64,000 bases of DNA from Escherichia coli (GTDB taxonomy: Bacteria > Pseudomonadota > Gammaproteobacteria > Enterobacterales > Enterobacteriaceae): assembly GCF_003790525.1 (NCBI RefSeq), contig NZ_CP033635.1, one strand, 5' to 3'. The notes under the pieces were generated by a model. That model had not been told where the DNA came from. It did no database searches and saw nothing but the letters and a program-made list of their open reading frames with translations. Within the stretch, counting starts at the first letter, position 1. Each line of letters opens with the position of its first letter. A program made the position numbers and the translations under genes. Positions 1 to 12,223 of this stretch are shown here, piece by piece.

Positions 1-8
1 GAAAATAA

Positions 9-353
9 GTGACTTCATTACAACTCTCAATCGTCCATCGACTGCCGCAGAACTATCGCTGGTCTGCTGGTTTCGCAGGTTCGAAGGTTGAACCGATTCC
101 GCAAAATGGACCGTGCGGTGACAACAGCCTGGTGGCGCTTAAATTGCTTAGCCCGGATGGTGATAATGCATGGTCGGTGATGTACAAACTAAGCCAGGCG
201 TTAAGCGACATCGAAGTTCCATGCTCGGTACTGGAGTGTGAAGGTGAGCCGTGCCTGTTTGTAAATCGCCAGGACGAGTTTGCTGCAACATGCCGATTGA
301 AAAATTTTGGTGTGGCAATTGCCGAACCCTTCTCAAACTACAATCCTTTTTAA
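9..353 (+). CDS. yejG: YejG, small protein of unknown function (114 aa)
   Basis: ORF track 9..353; GTG start; product recognised as YejG by recall; position next to yejF as in K-12. Confidence 0.8.
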
Positions 354-356
354 GCG

Positions 357-1946
357 TCAGCTCAACGCCAGTAGCTGACGCGTATACTCCTGCTGCGGTG
401 CGGCAAACACGCGCGCGCACGGTCCTTGTTCCACTACTTCCCCTTGTCGCAGTACGATAACCTGATGACATAACGCGCGGACAACGTGCAAATCGTGACT
501 GATAAACAAATAGGCCAGTTGATGCTTTTGTTGCAATGATTTCAATAGCGTCAATATTTGCGCCTGCACCGTTTTGTCGAGTGATGATGTTGGTTCATCA
601 AGAATGATCAGCGAGGGCTTAAGAATTAACGCCCTGGCAATCGCAATACGTTGCCGCTGACCACCAGAGAACTCCGCCGGATAACGGTGGCGTGTTTCAG
701 GATCTAATCCCACTTCATGCATCACGGCTATCACTTGTTGTTCGCGTTGTGCGGCAGAAAGCGTCGGCTGGTGAACCCGTAAGCCTTCCTCAATAATTTG
801 CAAAACGTTGAGTCGTGGGTTGAGTGAGGAGTTTGGATCCTGAAATACCACCTGAATGCGATGACGAATAGGTAACAGCTGGCGGCGATTTAAATTTTGC
901 AGTGGCTGACCGTCAAAGACGATGCTGCCATGAGAATTAATCAGTCGCAGCAGCGCCAGTCCCGTCGTGCTTTTCCCGGAACCGGACTCGCCCACTAAAC
1001 CCAGTGTTTCACCCGCCCGTAGCGTAAAACTGATGTTTTTCACCACCACATTATGATCCACAATGCGCTTCAAAATCCCTTTGCGAATGGGGAAGGCAAC
1101 CTGAAGCTGTTCAACATCCAGCAACGTAGAGGCAGGTTCTGGCAATGGCACCGGGTCGCCAGATGGTTCACTGTTGAGTAGCTTTTGTGTGTAAGGATGA
1201 GTGGGTGAGGCAAATAGCGTAGCAGCGTTATTTTGCTCGACACAGCGACCGTTTTGCATTACCGCCACGCGGTGGGCCAGTTTTCTGACAATGCTGAGGT
1301 TATGAGTAATAAACAGCATGCCCATATTCAGCTCGCCTTGCAGTTCGCGCAACAGCTGTAAAATCTGCGCCTGGACAGAGACGTCCAGCGCGGTGGTCGG
1401 TTCATCGGCAATTAATAATTCCGGTCGCGTTAACAGCGCCATCGCAATCATCACCCGCTGGCGTTCGCCGCCGGAGAGCTGATGCGGATAATCTGTTAGC
1501 CGTTTTGCCGCCTGGCGGATACCGACGCGATCAAGGCAGTTAAGAATTTCGCCACGAGCCGCTTCCCGACGCATCCCGCGGTGGAGTGAAAGCACTTCAT
1601 AAAGCTGTTTTTCCAGGGTATGCAATGGATTTAATGACACCATCGGCTCCTGAAAAATCATGGCAATCTTATTACCGCGTACACCGCGTAACGTTTGATC
1701 GCTGGCATGAAGCAGCGATTCGCCATGAAAACGAATATCGCCGGAGAGATATTCAACCGGCGGGGAAGGGAGCAGGCGTAAAATTGACAGCGCGGTAACG
1801 CTTTTGCCTGAACCTGACTCACCCACCAGCGCCAGCGTTTCGCCAGCCTCAATCTGAAGTGAAACATCATTGACTACTGTACGTACGGTTTGCTGATGGC
1901 GAAAACCCACCGACAAATTTTCAATCGCTAACAGAGTTTGCGTCAT
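357..1946 (-). CDS. yejF: peptide/microcin C ABC transporter, fused double ATP-binding protein
   Basis: ORF 357..1994 trimmed to the internal ATG ([11 protein letters not shown]); two Walker A motifs (GESGSGKSV and GESGSGKST). Confidence 0.9.
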   Translation of the reverse strand: MTQTLLAIENLSVGFRHQQTVRTVVNDVSLQIEAGETLALVGESGSGKSVTALSILRLLPSPPVEYLSGDIRFHGESLLHASDQTLRGVRGNKIAMIFQEPMVSLNPLHTLEKQLYEVLSLHRGMRREAARGEILNCLDRVGIRQAAKRLTDYPHQLSGGERQRVMIAMALLTRPELLIADEPTTALDVSVQAQILQLLRELQGELNMGMLFITHNLSIVRKLAHRVAVMQNGRCVEQNNAATLFASPTHPYTQKLLNSEPSGDPVPLPEPASTLLDVEQLQVAFPIRKGILKRIVDHNVVVKNISFTLRAGETLGLVGESGSGKSTTGLALLRLINSHGSIVFDGQPLQNLNRRQLLPIRHRIQVVFQDPNSSLNPRLNVLQIIEEGLRVHQPTLSAAQREQQVIAVMHEVGLDPETRHRYPAEFSGGQRQRIAIARALILKPSLIILDEPTSSLDKTVQAQILTLLKSLQQKHQLAYLFISHDLHVVRALCHQVIVLRQGEVVEQGPCARVFAAPQQEYTRQLLALS

Positions 1947-1947
1947 G

Positions 1948-2973
1948 CTACACCGCCTTATTAGGATCAAATGCGTCGCGGACGGCTTCACCAATAAAGA
2001 TCAGCAAAGACAACAATATCGCCACCGACAAGAAGGCGGTGATCCCAAGCCACGGGGCCTGAAGGTTATTTTTCCCTTGTAACAGCAGTTCGCCGAGTGA
2101 CGGTGAACCGAGCGGCAGACCGAAGCCGAGGAAATCGAGTGAGGTCAGGGTGGTGATCGAACTACATAAAATAAACGGTAAAAAGGTGAGGGTAGCGACC
2201 ATGGCATTTGGCAACATATGACGCAGGATGATACTGCGATCGCTGACGCCAAGCGCCTGCGCCGCACGGATGTAGTCGAAATTACGGGTACGTAAAAACT
2301 CCGCCCGCACCACGCCGACCAGACTCATCCAGCCAAACAAGACCGTAATTGCCAACAGCCACCAGAAGTTAGGCTGTACGACGCTGGAAAGTAAAATAAT
2401 CAAAAACAGCGTCGGCATCCCCGACCATACTTCAATAAAACGTTGCCCCCAGAGATCGACTTTACCGCCGTAATAGCCTTGTAGCGCCCCCGCCAACACG
2501 CCCATCACGCTGGAGCAGAGGGTCAGCATCAGGCCAAACAGAACTGAGATCCGCGTGCCATAGAGAATGCGCGCCAGCACATCGCCGCCATTGGCATCCG
2601 TTCCCAGCCAGTTTTGCCGGGAGGGTGGAGCAGGGAAGGGCTTATCGGTAGCAAAGTTGATACTGGTAGCACCAAAGCGAATCGGTGCCCACAGTACCCA
2701 GCCGTTATTTTCCAGCCGTTGTTTCAGCCACGGGTCCTGATAATCAGCCTGACTTGCCAGCGGGCCACCAAAATCGCTTTCGCTGTAGTTTTTCAACAAC
2801 GGGAAATACCAACTGCCGTCATAACGTACCAGCAACGGTTTATCGTTGGCGATAAGTTCAGAACACAAACTCAAACCAAACAAGACGAGGAAAATCCATA
2901 ACGACCAGTAGCCGCGACGGTTATGGCGAAAACGCGCCCAACGGGCCTGATTGACGGGGCTGAGTCGCGGCAT
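1948..2973 (-). CDS. yejE: peptide ABC transporter permease
   Basis: ORF track; multi-pass membrane protein of the BPD permease type; start overlaps the yejB stop. Confidence 0.9.
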   Translation of the reverse strand: MPRLSPVNQARWARFRHNRRGYWSLWIFLVLFGLSLCSELIANDKPLLVRYDGSWYFPLLKNYSESDFGGPLASQADYQDPWLKQRLENNGWVLWAPIRFGATSINFATDKPFPAPPSRQNWLGTDANGGDVLARILYGTRISVLFGLMLTLCSSVMGVLAGALQGYYGGKVDLWGQRFIEVWSGMPTLFLIILLSSVVQPNFWWLLAITVLFGWMSLVGVVRAEFLRTRNFDYIRAAQALGVSDRSIILRHMLPNAMVATLTFLPFILCSSITTLTSLDFLGFGLPLGSPSLGELLLQGKNNLQAPWLGITAFLSVAILLSLLIFIGEAVRDAFDPNKAV

Positions 2974-4067
2974 TAGCGTCCCTCAAAATCTATACGCGGA
3001 TCGACCAGCGTATAGCTGATATCACTGACAATATTCAGCAGCAGGCCAATCAGGGTGAAAATATACAAGGTACCAAACATTACAGGATAATCGCGCGAGA
3101 CGGTCGCTTCGTAGCCCAGTAAACCAAGACCATTGAGTGAAAACATCACCTCAATCAGCAGCGAGCCGGTAAAAAACATGCTGATAAACGTCGCCGGAAA
3201 ACCGGCAATCACCAGCAGCATGGCGTTGCGGAACACATGTTTCCAGAGAATATTTTTTTCACTTACCCCTTTCGCGCGCGCGGTCACCACGTATTGCTTG
3301 CGCACTTCATCAAGGAATGAGTTTTTTGTCAGCATGGTCAGCGCTGCAAAGCCACCAATCACAGTCGCCAGCACCGGCAGCGTGATATGCCACAGATAAT
3401 CGGTGATTTTCTGATACCACGGCAGCGAATCAAAGTTAGCGGAAACCAGGCCGCGCAGAGGGAACAGGTCGAAATAGCTGCCGCCCGCGAAGAAGACAAT
3501 CAGCAGGATGGCAAACAAAAAGGCCGGAATGGCGTAGCCGATGATGATAAATGCGCTACTCCAGACGTCAAAGCGGCTCCCATTATAAACAGCTTTGCGA
3601 ATGCCTAACGGAATCGACACCAGATAGATAATCAGCGTGCTCCACAATCCGAGGGTGATGGAAACCGGCAGACTGTCTTTAATCAGCGTCAGCACCGAGG
3701 CGCTGCGAAAAAGGCTGTCGCCAAAATCAAAACGGATGTAGTCCCAGAGCATTTTGAAGTAACGTTCGTGGATCGGCTTATCGAAACCGTAGCGATGAGT
3801 GATCTCGGCGATCACTTCTGGATCTAATCCGCGTCCGCCACGGTAATTACTGTCGCTGATATTGCCGACGCCCGTTTGCGCATGGCTGGCGCGAACACCT
3901 TCACCGCCTGCGCCGGGTAATACTCCGGCATTGCCAAACTCAATGGCGGCGATGGCCTGGTCGACCGGACCGCCAGGCGCAATTTGCACGATGAAAAAGT
4001 TGATAGTGATAATCGCCCATAGCGTTGGGATCACCAGCAACAGACGGCGAATCAGATAAGCGCCCAT
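2973..4067 (-). CDS. yejB: peptide ABC transporter permease
   Basis: ORF track; DppB/OppB-like permease; operon with yejA/E/F. Confidence 0.9.
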
Positions 4068-5882
4068 CTACTCTCCCTGTTGTCTGGCTGACGGCAGTTT
4101 CGTCGCTTTGTTAACGTCATACCACCAGGTATCGATACCCAGGCTGTAAACAGGGCGTACAGCGGGGTGGGAGAATTTATCCCACCAGGCGAGACGGTCT
4201 TCCGCCATATACCACATTGGCAGCATGTAATAATTCCACGTTAATACGCGATCCAGTGCTCGCCCCAACGGCAGTAATTTTTCTTTATTTCCCTGCGCGG
4301 CAATAATTTGGTTGATCAGCGAGTCGATAACCGGGCTTTGCACGCCGGGGGCATTATAAGTGGAATTGATATATTCCGATGACCAGGAAATCTGTAAATC
4401 GGAACTGGGCCACGGCATCGCCCGCCATACGCGCGGCATCATGTCATAGTCGCGACTGCGCATGCGGTTGGTGATTTGAGAGTTATCCACCTTGCGAATA
4501 TCCATGTTGATACCCAGACGTTGCAGGCTGTGCTGGAACGGCAATACCCACTGACTATTACTGCTTGAGGGAAGCAATAATTCAAAGCTGAGTGGCTGAC
4601 CCGTTGTGGCATTAACGCGTTGCTGACCCTTCAGCACCCAGCCTGCTTCGTTAAGAAGTTTGTCGGCTTTTAACAGGTTGTCACGATCGTAGCCATCGCC
4701 TTTGGATACCGGCGGCTGGTAGATTTGCGTGAAGACTTCTGGCGGTAGATCTTTTTTCATTGGTGCCAGAAGCACCAGCTCCGCGGCGTCGGGGTAATTT
4801 CTGGCCGCGTATTCGGTATTCTGAAAATAACTGTTCGTGCGACTCCAGGCATTGTAAAACAACGCTTTGTTCATCCATTCAAAGTCAAAGGCGAGAGTGA
4901 TCGCTTCCCGCACCCGGCGATCGCTGAATACCGGACGTTGGATATTAAACGCCAGCCAGCGCGTATCCTGGGCTGATTCGTTCTTTTGCTCATCTTTGAT
5001 GATGTATTTTTTATCGAAATTTTTACCGGTATAGCGCGTGGCCCAGTTTTTGGCGTCGTTTTCCATACGCAAATCAAAGGCACCTGCTTTAAACGCTTCA
5101 AAGGCGACATTATCATCGAGGTAATAATCGTAGCGAATGGTGTCGAAATTCCAGCGTCCACGGTTTACCGGTAAGTTTGCTGCCCAGTAATCTTTTACGC
5201 GGGAATAGACAATATTTTGCCCCATTTTCCAGGACGTAATGCGGTACGGACCACTGGCAAGCGGAGGCGTGGCGAGCGGGTCGCTAAGTTTGTGATCTTT
5301 CCAGTACTTTTCTGGAAATACCGGCAGCGAAAACAGACTCAGCATATCTTCTTTGCCGGGTTTAGCTAACTCAATGCGCACGGTTAACGGCGCAATGGCT
5401 TTGACGGTGGTGCCTTTGTAGACCAGACGAAATTGCGGCACGCCTTCGGTCATAAATTTTTGAAAAGTAAACTCTACATCGCGGGCAGTAATGGGCGAAC
5501 CATCATGAAAACGGGCGCGCGGATTAATAGCGACCTCCACCCAGGAATAATCGTCAGCATAGCGTGCGCTTTCAGCAATCAGCGGGTAATAACTGCCTGG
5601 TTCGTCATCGGAAGTCGTAAATAGCGTGTCGTACAGCTGCTCGGTGCGTGCGCCCGGGTTGCCGCGTAGTGCATAGCGGTTGAAATTATCGAAGGTGCCG
5701 AGGGCGGACAACGTTATTTGCCCACCTTTTGGCGCGGCGGGGTTCACATAATCAAAATGGTTGAAATTAAATGCGTACCGGGGTTCGCCCAGTACGGCAA
5801 AGGCATAGCTTTCCTTGATAGCCTGCGCCTGCGCACCAAAGGTGAACAGAGCGATAAACAGCAGCAGTATGCGCACAATCAT
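4068..5882 (-). CDS. yejA: periplasmic oligopeptide/microcin C binding protein
   Basis: ORF 4068..5888 (TTG) trimmed to the ATG at 5882; N-terminal signal peptide; family 5 substrate-binding protein. Confidence 0.85.
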
Positions 5883-5963
5883 CTGCAACGGATTTCCTTT
5901 TACTCATCATTAGCCGCAATCCGGCATGCTTTCACTATGAATAATAAGGGACGTAAGCACACC

Positions 5964-7520
5964 TTACCACTGCGGCGTATACGGTTTCTTCAGCCAGCGA
6001 ACAAAATCGTCCAGCGGTAACGGGCGACTAATCCAGTAGCCTTGCATGAAATTAACGCCGCGTTCGCTTAGCCATCGTGCCTGTTCTGGCGTTTCGACCC
6101 CTTCAGCAACTGTCAGCATATTGAGACGTTTCGCCAGCGTCAGCACCGCGTCAAGTACGGGTGAAGTGATCGTTTCCGTACCGATGGCGTTGATAAATCC
6201 ACGATCAATTTTCAGATAATCGAGCGTAAAACGCTCAAGATAGATAAGCGCGCTGTGCCCGGTGCCGAAGTCATCAATAGCAATTTCTACGCCGACCGAA
6301 TGCAGCCAGGCGAAGAGTTGTGTGGCTTCTCGCTCTTTCAGCATATCGCGCTCGGTAATTTCCAGCACAATCTGGAAATGGTGTGCGGGCAGGGAAGTGA
6401 GCAGTTTCTGGATATCCGCTTTAAAGCTTTCGCTGTGCAAGTGGGCCGGCGCAATGTTAATGCCAAATTTGACGCCTACCGGCAGTACTTTTTCTAATTC
6501 TGCGGCATCGCGGGCAATCAACTCAAACAGGTGCTGAGTCAGTGGCACAATCATCTTTTGCGCTTCGGCAAAGTTAATGAAGGCATCCGGGGGGATTTCT
6601 CCTGCTACTGGATGCCGCCAGCGTAGCAGTACTTCCAGGCCCGTTACCCGCAAAGCTTGTGTATCAACCACCGGTTGATATACCACGTAAAATTGTTCGC
6701 GCTTGATGGCGGTCATGATTTCTCTGCCTGGGCGCATACGCACACTCATCAGGTAATAGCAGAGAAGTCCAACGAAAGTTCCACTCATGCCACCCAGTAA
6801 AAATGCGTACCACACATCGTTCCATGTCCAGTCATCCGCATAAAGCCGAACGGTCAGAGGAATGCCCGCAATTTTAGTTTCACGGACCGGCATGTCGGTT
6901 AATTCATTAACATTCATCAAACGTGAAGAAAAGGTAGATAGCGCAGTATTACCAATAATGAGGGCGAGGCCATCGTAATCTTCCTGCCGTGAACTATAAA
7001 AGAGTGAAGGCGTCAGGTTGAGATTCAGAGCGGCAAAGACGCCGCTATTTTTCAGCAAAGGGTTGCGATACCAGATGACGATTGCGGGTTTGTTCGGCAC
7101 CATCGGCGTACCGGGTAAGATCGCCATATCGACATTTTTATTAATGTCGAGCGCCGGAATCAATTCTTTTAGTGGAATGTCCATCTCACCAGTCGCAGAT
7201 GAACAGAATGTTTTTTTATCTTTCACCAGCACAAACGTACGGACATTCATGCTAAACGCCGCGCGAGCGGTCAGTTCGGGGTTAGCCTGCTGGCAGGTAT
7301 CTAAGGTCAGCGGCTGAAGCCGGTCAGTAGTGGATTTCAGGTCGGCAAAATAGGTATCGAGATACTTTTGTACGTCGGTAATCAGTGTGTCGTATTTGAC
7401 TTCGTGCTTATGCCAGGCCACTAAAAACTGAAGGCAGCTCACCAGTATCGCAATCATCACGCCTGCAACAATGCAGGTAAGCAGGAGCTTACGTCCAGAA
7501 TTGGGAGCGCGTATGAACAT
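5964..7520 (-). CDS. rtn: EAL-domain c-di-GMP phosphodiesterase, membrane-anchored
   Basis: ORF track 518 aa; N-terminal transmembrane segment plus C-terminal EAL domain. Confidence 0.85.
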   Translation of the reverse strand: MFIRAPNSGRKLLLTCIVAGVMIAILVSCLQFLVAWHKHEVKYDTLITDVQKYLDTYFADLKSTTDRLQPLTLDTCQQANPELTARAAFSMNVRTFVLVKDKKTFCSSATGEMDIPLKELIPALDINKNVDMAILPGTPMVPNKPAIVIWYRNPLLKNSGVFAALNLNLTPSLFYSSRQEDYDGLALIIGNTALSTFSSRLMNVNELTDMPVRETKIAGIPLTVRLYADDWTWNDVWYAFLLGGMSGTFVGLLCYYLMSVRMRPGREIMTAIKREQFYVVYQPVVDTQALRVTGLEVLLRWRHPVAGEIPPDAFINFAEAQKMIVPLTQHLFELIARDAAELEKVLPVGVKFGINIAPAHLHSESFKADIQKLLTSLPAHHFQIVLEITERDMLKEREATQLFAWLHSVGVEIAIDDFGTGHSALIYLERFTLDYLKIDRGFINAIGTETITSPVLDAVLTLAKRLNMLTVAEGVETPEQARWLSERGVNFMQGYWISRPLPLDDFVRWLKKPYTPQW

Positions 7521-7628
7521 GATTCCGTTAATTTCCTGAAATTACGACAACATTTAAAAGATAACAATGACCGGACTATAGCCTGGATCAAGACGCGGAA
7601 ACATCATTTTCTCTGATGAATGAAAACA

Positions 7629-7657
7629 AAAAAGCACTGCCTAAGCAGTGCTTTCAG
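7629..7657. terminator. hairpin terminator between rtn and mepS
   Basis: aaaaagcactgcctaagcagtgctttcag: GC stem flanked by an A-run and a T-run. Confidence 0.5.
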
Positions 7658-7700
7658 TTAACTCGTCAGGATAGCCAAGGGATTGCATCCAAACGGTTTA

Positions 7701-8267
7701 TTAGCTGCGGCTGAGAACCCGGCGTGCTTCGTTGTAACGCTTCTTCCAGTATGGTTCATTCATGCTGGAAATAATAACGCCACTGCTGGTGGAAGCATGG
7801 ACAAACTGGTTGTTGCCGATATAAATACCGACATGGCGTCCCGTTGAACCGGCACGGAACAGAACTAAATCACCCGTACGCAAATTACTGCGGGAAACAG
7901 ATTTACCCATTTCCTGCTGTTCATAAGTCGAACGCGGAAGTTCTAAGCCAAATTGCTCACGGAATGTACGCTGTACGAAACCAGAACAATCGATGCCTTT
8001 TTTAGTGCTGCCGCCCAGACGATAGCGTACGCCTTTCCAGTCAGCATACTGATCCATAATTCGCGATTTTACGTCGACATTACGAACCAGGTTTTCAAAT
8101 TCATCCTGAGAAGCTTGCAGTGATGATGTTTCACTACCCACTGCACGTGTCTCAGGATGCATATTCTTTGCGGTGTTATTTGCACTACATGCAGAAAGCA
8201 GAACCGCTACTGCAATCGCGGGGATCCCGCGCAAGATATATCTCAAAATCGGTTGAGATTTGACCAT
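7701..8267 (-). CDS. mepS: NlpC/P60 murein DD-endopeptidase lipoprotein
   Basis: ORF track 188 aa; lipoprotein signal with LSAC lipobox; catalytic Cys/His region (GIDCSGFV ... HVGIYIG). Confidence 0.9.
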
Positions 8268-8678
8268 GTTGTTTGTTTTCCCTTGAAGTCCTTAACGACA
8301 AATATCGTTATAAAAAAATGCCAAGCGACACGAGACTAATTACCTGGGCATGTTGAAACAATTCCTTAAGGCCAAATCTGTGGACTAACGCACAAAATTA
8401 TATGCTGTGAGGATAATCTACCGCCGAGGCAAAACGAGTTCGAGATTACCCGATTGGTGCGGTCTTGGCGAGCGGTTTTACATGATTTTTTATAAGAAAA
8501 AGTGATACAGAAAGTTAATAAGCGGGATTGGTCAATTAAAGTACGATTGAGTGAAACGCATGCAATACATTCATTTACTTAGAGAATGATTTTTGCGTTC
8601 GATAGATGAAAGCACGGTGCGCATCATCAGGATTATCCTCACTATAAAAATAACCCTGATGATGTTAATTACTGTGAG

Positions 8679-9392
8679 TTATTTGTTTTGGAAATGTTTG
8701 TTTTTTCCCGGTAGTGATTTGTCAAAAAAGGTGATTAATCGATCACTTAATGGCGTCAGCAACACCCAGGGCAAACCGATCAATATCACGGTCATCGAAC
8801 CAACAATGATGTCAGTAAACCAGTGTGCGCCAATCATTACTCTGGGAAATGCAAAAACCACAAAAATAATAAGGGCGATAAGGCCTGCAACTTTGCCGAA
8901 ATAACGCCACATGAATGCCGAAAAAATAAGCAGCATCATACCGTGATCGCCGGGAAAGCTATCTCGTGAGGCATCTTTCGTGGGAACAGAGAGCAGTTCG
9001 CTGACGCGGTTAATATCGGTAAAAGTCAATGTTGGGCTGGCCCGTTTTACAGGAATTAATGCCTGACCCAGCTGGTTTAATACTACTGCAGTTAATAGCA
9101 TGACCAGACCAATAATCACGATACGTCGTCTGCCAGGGGCGTTTTCTTTCAGCCAGAAACTCAGCATCAACATACCCATCGCCAGCAGTGAACAACCGTC
9201 GAAGGCGCGATTGTTGGTCAATGCAACCAGCCACAAAAAGGCCTTACTTTCGACCAGTTTCTGATTAAAGAAATAAAAAATATCCGCATCAATCGGCAAC
9301 CAGAATCCATGATTAACGGGAATATACCAGGAAAGAAACAGCGCGAGGCCGACAATATTCAACAACACTATTTGCGGCAAATTTTTAATCAT
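8679..9392 (-). CDS. lpxT: lipid A 1-diphosphate synthase (PAP2 family phosphotransferase)
   Basis: ORF 8679..9428 trimmed to the ATG at 9392 (MIKNLPQ); polytopic membrane protein. Confidence 0.8.
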   Translation of the reverse strand: MIKNLPQIVLLNIVGLALFLSWYIPVNHGFWLPIDADIFYFFNQKLVESKAFLWLVALTNNRAFDGCSLLAMGMLMLSFWLKENAPGRRRIVIIGLVMLLTAVVLNQLGQALIPVKRASPTLTFTDINRVSELLSVPTKDASRDSFPGDHGMMLLIFSAFMWRYFGKVAGLIALIIFVVFAFPRVMIGAHWFTDIIVGSMTVILIGLPWVLLTPLSDRLITFFDKSLPGKNKHFQNK

Positions 9393-9430
9393 ATTTTCTC
9401 TAATTATCTTACTGAAAAACGCAGGCAACC

Positions 9431-10417
9431 TTACGCGGTAGTCGCTAAACGAAGCTTCAACAGCGCGCTCTGCAAGGCATTCCAGTCAGCTTCGCTGCTG
9501 GAAATCAGCTCAATACGGCTGTCCGGTGGCGCAACGTTTTGCGTTTCAATGTGCAGGTCATCGCCCTGACGGTTGATTCGCACCAGCCCTTCGGGAATAC
9601 GCAGCACGCCTTTGACGCGTTCTACCGGTGCAAGTCGCGCCCATTCCAGAATGCCAATGGTGTCGAATACCGTATCAGCGTCGAATATCCAGCCGCAGGC
9701 CTGATATCCTTGCCCGCTGTTCAGACTGCGACGCCAGCGTTGATGCTCTGGCAGGCTTAACGCTGCTAACCCTTTTTTCACGACATGCTGATGAGAATGC
9801 GCGGCGCTGGCGGGCAACTCGGCTAAATTGCGACGCGGCAAATCCAGAAGATGACCGTCAACTTTCCCATGCGCGCTGTGAATTAATTGCCGATCGCCAC
9901 CATTTTGCTGCCACCAGCGCTGTAGCGCTTGCTCACTTTCGGGCGTCGCACGGTCGGATTTATTGGCGACAATAATGTCTGCGGCAGCCAGCTGGTCACG
10001 GAAGTTTTCATTGCTGGCGCTTTTTTCGTCCAGCAGCAGGCGTGGATCGAGAATGCACAACGTGGCGCGCAGATCTATCCACGGTTCATACACGGGCGCG
10101 GTTAAGAGATCGAGGATCTGTTTCGGATGGCCCAGCCCGGTCGGCTCTATCAACAAGCGGTCTGGTTTTCCCTGACGCAGTAAGGTATTCAACCCTACCT
10201 GCATGGGTAAACCATTAACGCAGCACATACAGCCGCCGGGGATCTCTTTCAACAATGCGCCGCTATCGGCGAGCAAAGCACCATCAATTCCGACTTCCCC
10301 AAATTCATTAACCAGTACCGCCCATTTTTCGTTGGGATCTTTATGGGCTAACAGATGAAGAATCGACGTAGTTTTCCCGCTGCCGAGAAAACCGGTGATG
10401 AGGTTGGTTCTGGTCAC
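9431..10417 (-). CDS. yeiR: CobW/COG0523-family GTPase, putative metal chaperone
   Basis: ORF track 328 aa; P-loop GFLGSGKTT and CxCC motif (GGCMCC). Confidence 0.85.
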   Translation of the reverse strand: MTRTNLITGFLGSGKTTSILHLLAHKDPNEKWAVLVNEFGEVGIDGALLADSGALLKEIPGGCMCCVNGLPMQVGLNTLLRQGKPDRLLIEPTGLGHPKQILDLLTAPVYEPWIDLRATLCILDPRLLLDEKSASNENFRDQLAAADIIVANKSDRATPESEQALQRWWQQNGGDRQLIHSAHGKVDGHLLDLPRRNLAELPASAAHSHQHVVKKGLAALSLPEHQRWRRSLNSGQGYQACGWIFDADTVFDTIGILEWARLAPVERVKGVLRIPEGLVRINRQGDDLHIETQNVAPPDSRIELISSSEADWNALQSALLKLRLATTA

Positions 10418-10534
10418 AACGGCTCCGCAATACTCTTAAAAGTTAACTGAGCGTTAATCCTGGCTAAAAAAGGCAGAAAAGAGAAGGGGAGAGCGGACGA
10501 AGGCGAGCTTCATCCGCTTTAACCGCAGAAATCG

Positions 10535-12001
10535 TTAAATTTTGAGGGTGTTTAATAGCGCTTGATGCGCGCCGAATTGTGCGATTTGTTGCCAGGCTTG
10601 TTCGATTGCCTGCACAAAATGCGGGTTATCTGGCAGATCATCACTGAAAACTTCACGCAGAGAAAGCAGGGCGGTTACGCGTTGTTCACTGTTACTGCCC
10701 GCAACAAGTTCGCAAATTTTATCGCTAAGCGGATCGCGAACATCAATGGCATTTCCGGCATCATCAACGCCGCTGACGTAACGCATCCAGCCTGCAACGC
10801 CTAATGCCAGCAACGACCAGTCCGTTTCGCGCGCCAGATGTATGCGAATACCTGCCAGCATACGTTGCGGTAATTTCTGGCTGCCATCCATCGCGATTTG
10901 CCAGGTCTTATGTTTCAGCGCCGGGTTAGCAAAACGTGCAATTAACTTATCCGCATATTGTGTTAAATCGAAATCTTTAATCCGCAGTGTCGGCGCTTGC
11001 TCATCCAGCATTAATGTTCTGGCGGCATGGCGAAATGCGCGATCCTGCATGCAATCACTGATATGGGCGAATCCTGAGAGGTAACCCAGATAAGCGAGAA
11101 AAGAGTGGCTGCCATTAAGCATACGCAGTTTCATCTCTTCCCATGGCAGGACATCATTCACCATTTGTACACCTGCGACTTCCCAGGCAGGACGCCCAGC
11201 GACGAAGTTATCTTCCACCACCCACTGGATAAACGGTTCGCAGCTAATCGCACAGGGATCATTCACCCCCAGATGCTGGCTGATTTCCGCCAGTGATTCG
11301 TCGGTTGCTGCCGGAACAATACGGTCGACCATGGTTCCCGGAAAACTGACGTGTTCTTTTATCCACCCGGCGAGTTCTGGTGAACGTTTTTCCGCCATCC
11401 CCAGCACCGCGTTTTTCACCAAATGGCCATTGTCGGGAATATTGTCGCAGGAGAGTACGGTAAACGGTGCAAGGCCGCGTTCACGGCGTCGTTTCAGTGC
11501 TTCGACGAGAATACCCGGCGCGGAGTGAGGTTCTTCAGGATTTTGAAGATCGTGAATAATCCGCGGATTGCTGGTGTCGAGTGCACCGGTGGCCGGGTCA
11601 ATACAATAGCCTTTTTCGGTAATCGTCAGGGAAACAATTGCCACCTGTGGCTCGCAAAATTTCTCAATAATTGCCGCTAAGGAATCCAGTTTTGCATTCA
11701 GGCAGTCGTGAACGGCACCGACAATTATCGCCTGATTGCCGTCCGCACCTTTCTCCAGCACGGTATATAAATGGTTCTGTGCGCGGAGCTGGCTCATCAG
11801 TTGATCGCCGCTGAACAAGCTGATCTCACAGATCCCCCAGTCGCCGCCCTGGGCATTCAGCACACGATCGGTCAGTAACGCCTGATGAGCGCGGTGAAAG
11901 GCTCCAAAGCCAAAATGAACGATACGTGATTGCAACTGCTGGCGATCGTAGCGTGGAGCGTGTACATGATGCGGGAGCGTAACGGAGGCGATTGTATTCA
12001 T
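10535..12001 (-). CDS. yeiQ: mannitol dehydrogenase-family oxidoreductase
   Basis: ORF 10535..12010 (GTG) trimmed to the ATG at 12001; long-chain mannitol dehydrogenase fold. Confidence 0.8.
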   Translation of the reverse strand: MNTIASVTLPHHVHAPRYDRQQLQSRIVHFGFGAFHRAHQALLTDRVLNAQGGDWGICEISLFSGDQLMSQLRAQNHLYTVLEKGADGNQAIIVGAVHDCLNAKLDSLAAIIEKFCEPQVAIVSLTITEKGYCIDPATGALDTSNPRIIHDLQNPEEPHSAPGILVEALKRRRERGLAPFTVLSCDNIPDNGHLVKNAVLGMAEKRSPELAGWIKEHVSFPGTMVDRIVPAATDESLAEISQHLGVNDPCAISCEPFIQWVVEDNFVAGRPAWEVAGVQMVNDVLPWEEMKLRMLNGSHSFLAYLGYLSGFAHISDCMQDRAFRHAARTLMLDEQAPTLRIKDFDLTQYADKLIARFANPALKHKTWQIAMDGSQKLPQRMLAGIRIHLARETDWSLLALGVAGWMRYVSGVDDAGNAIDVRDPLSDKICELVAGSNSEQRVTALLSLREVFSDDLPDNPHFVQAIEQAWQQIAQFGAHQALLNTLKI

Positions 12002-12223
12002 AGGAGTCACGTCTTAGTAACGATTAATTAACAATGACAGTGTAAAGTTATATGACAGCAATTGAAATTGGTCTGGATTGTTAATGCGATGAAGTGTGAG
12101 GGCGATCAATCAACGAGTGAAAATTGCGGGCGTAAGGTGTTCAGGAAGCGCAAAATAGAAGATTGGTATAATAAATTAAAAAAGGGACAGCCTGAGCTAT
12201 CCCTTTTCTGCATGCGGCTGAAG

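Noticed and set aside
8268-8678. Long mepS-lpxT intergenic region with a 103-aa ORF (8593-8904) as a possible extra gene
   Set aside because: The ORF overlaps the lpxT 3' end in antisense and has no ribosome-binding site; the region is more likely the AT-rich mepS promoter and leader.
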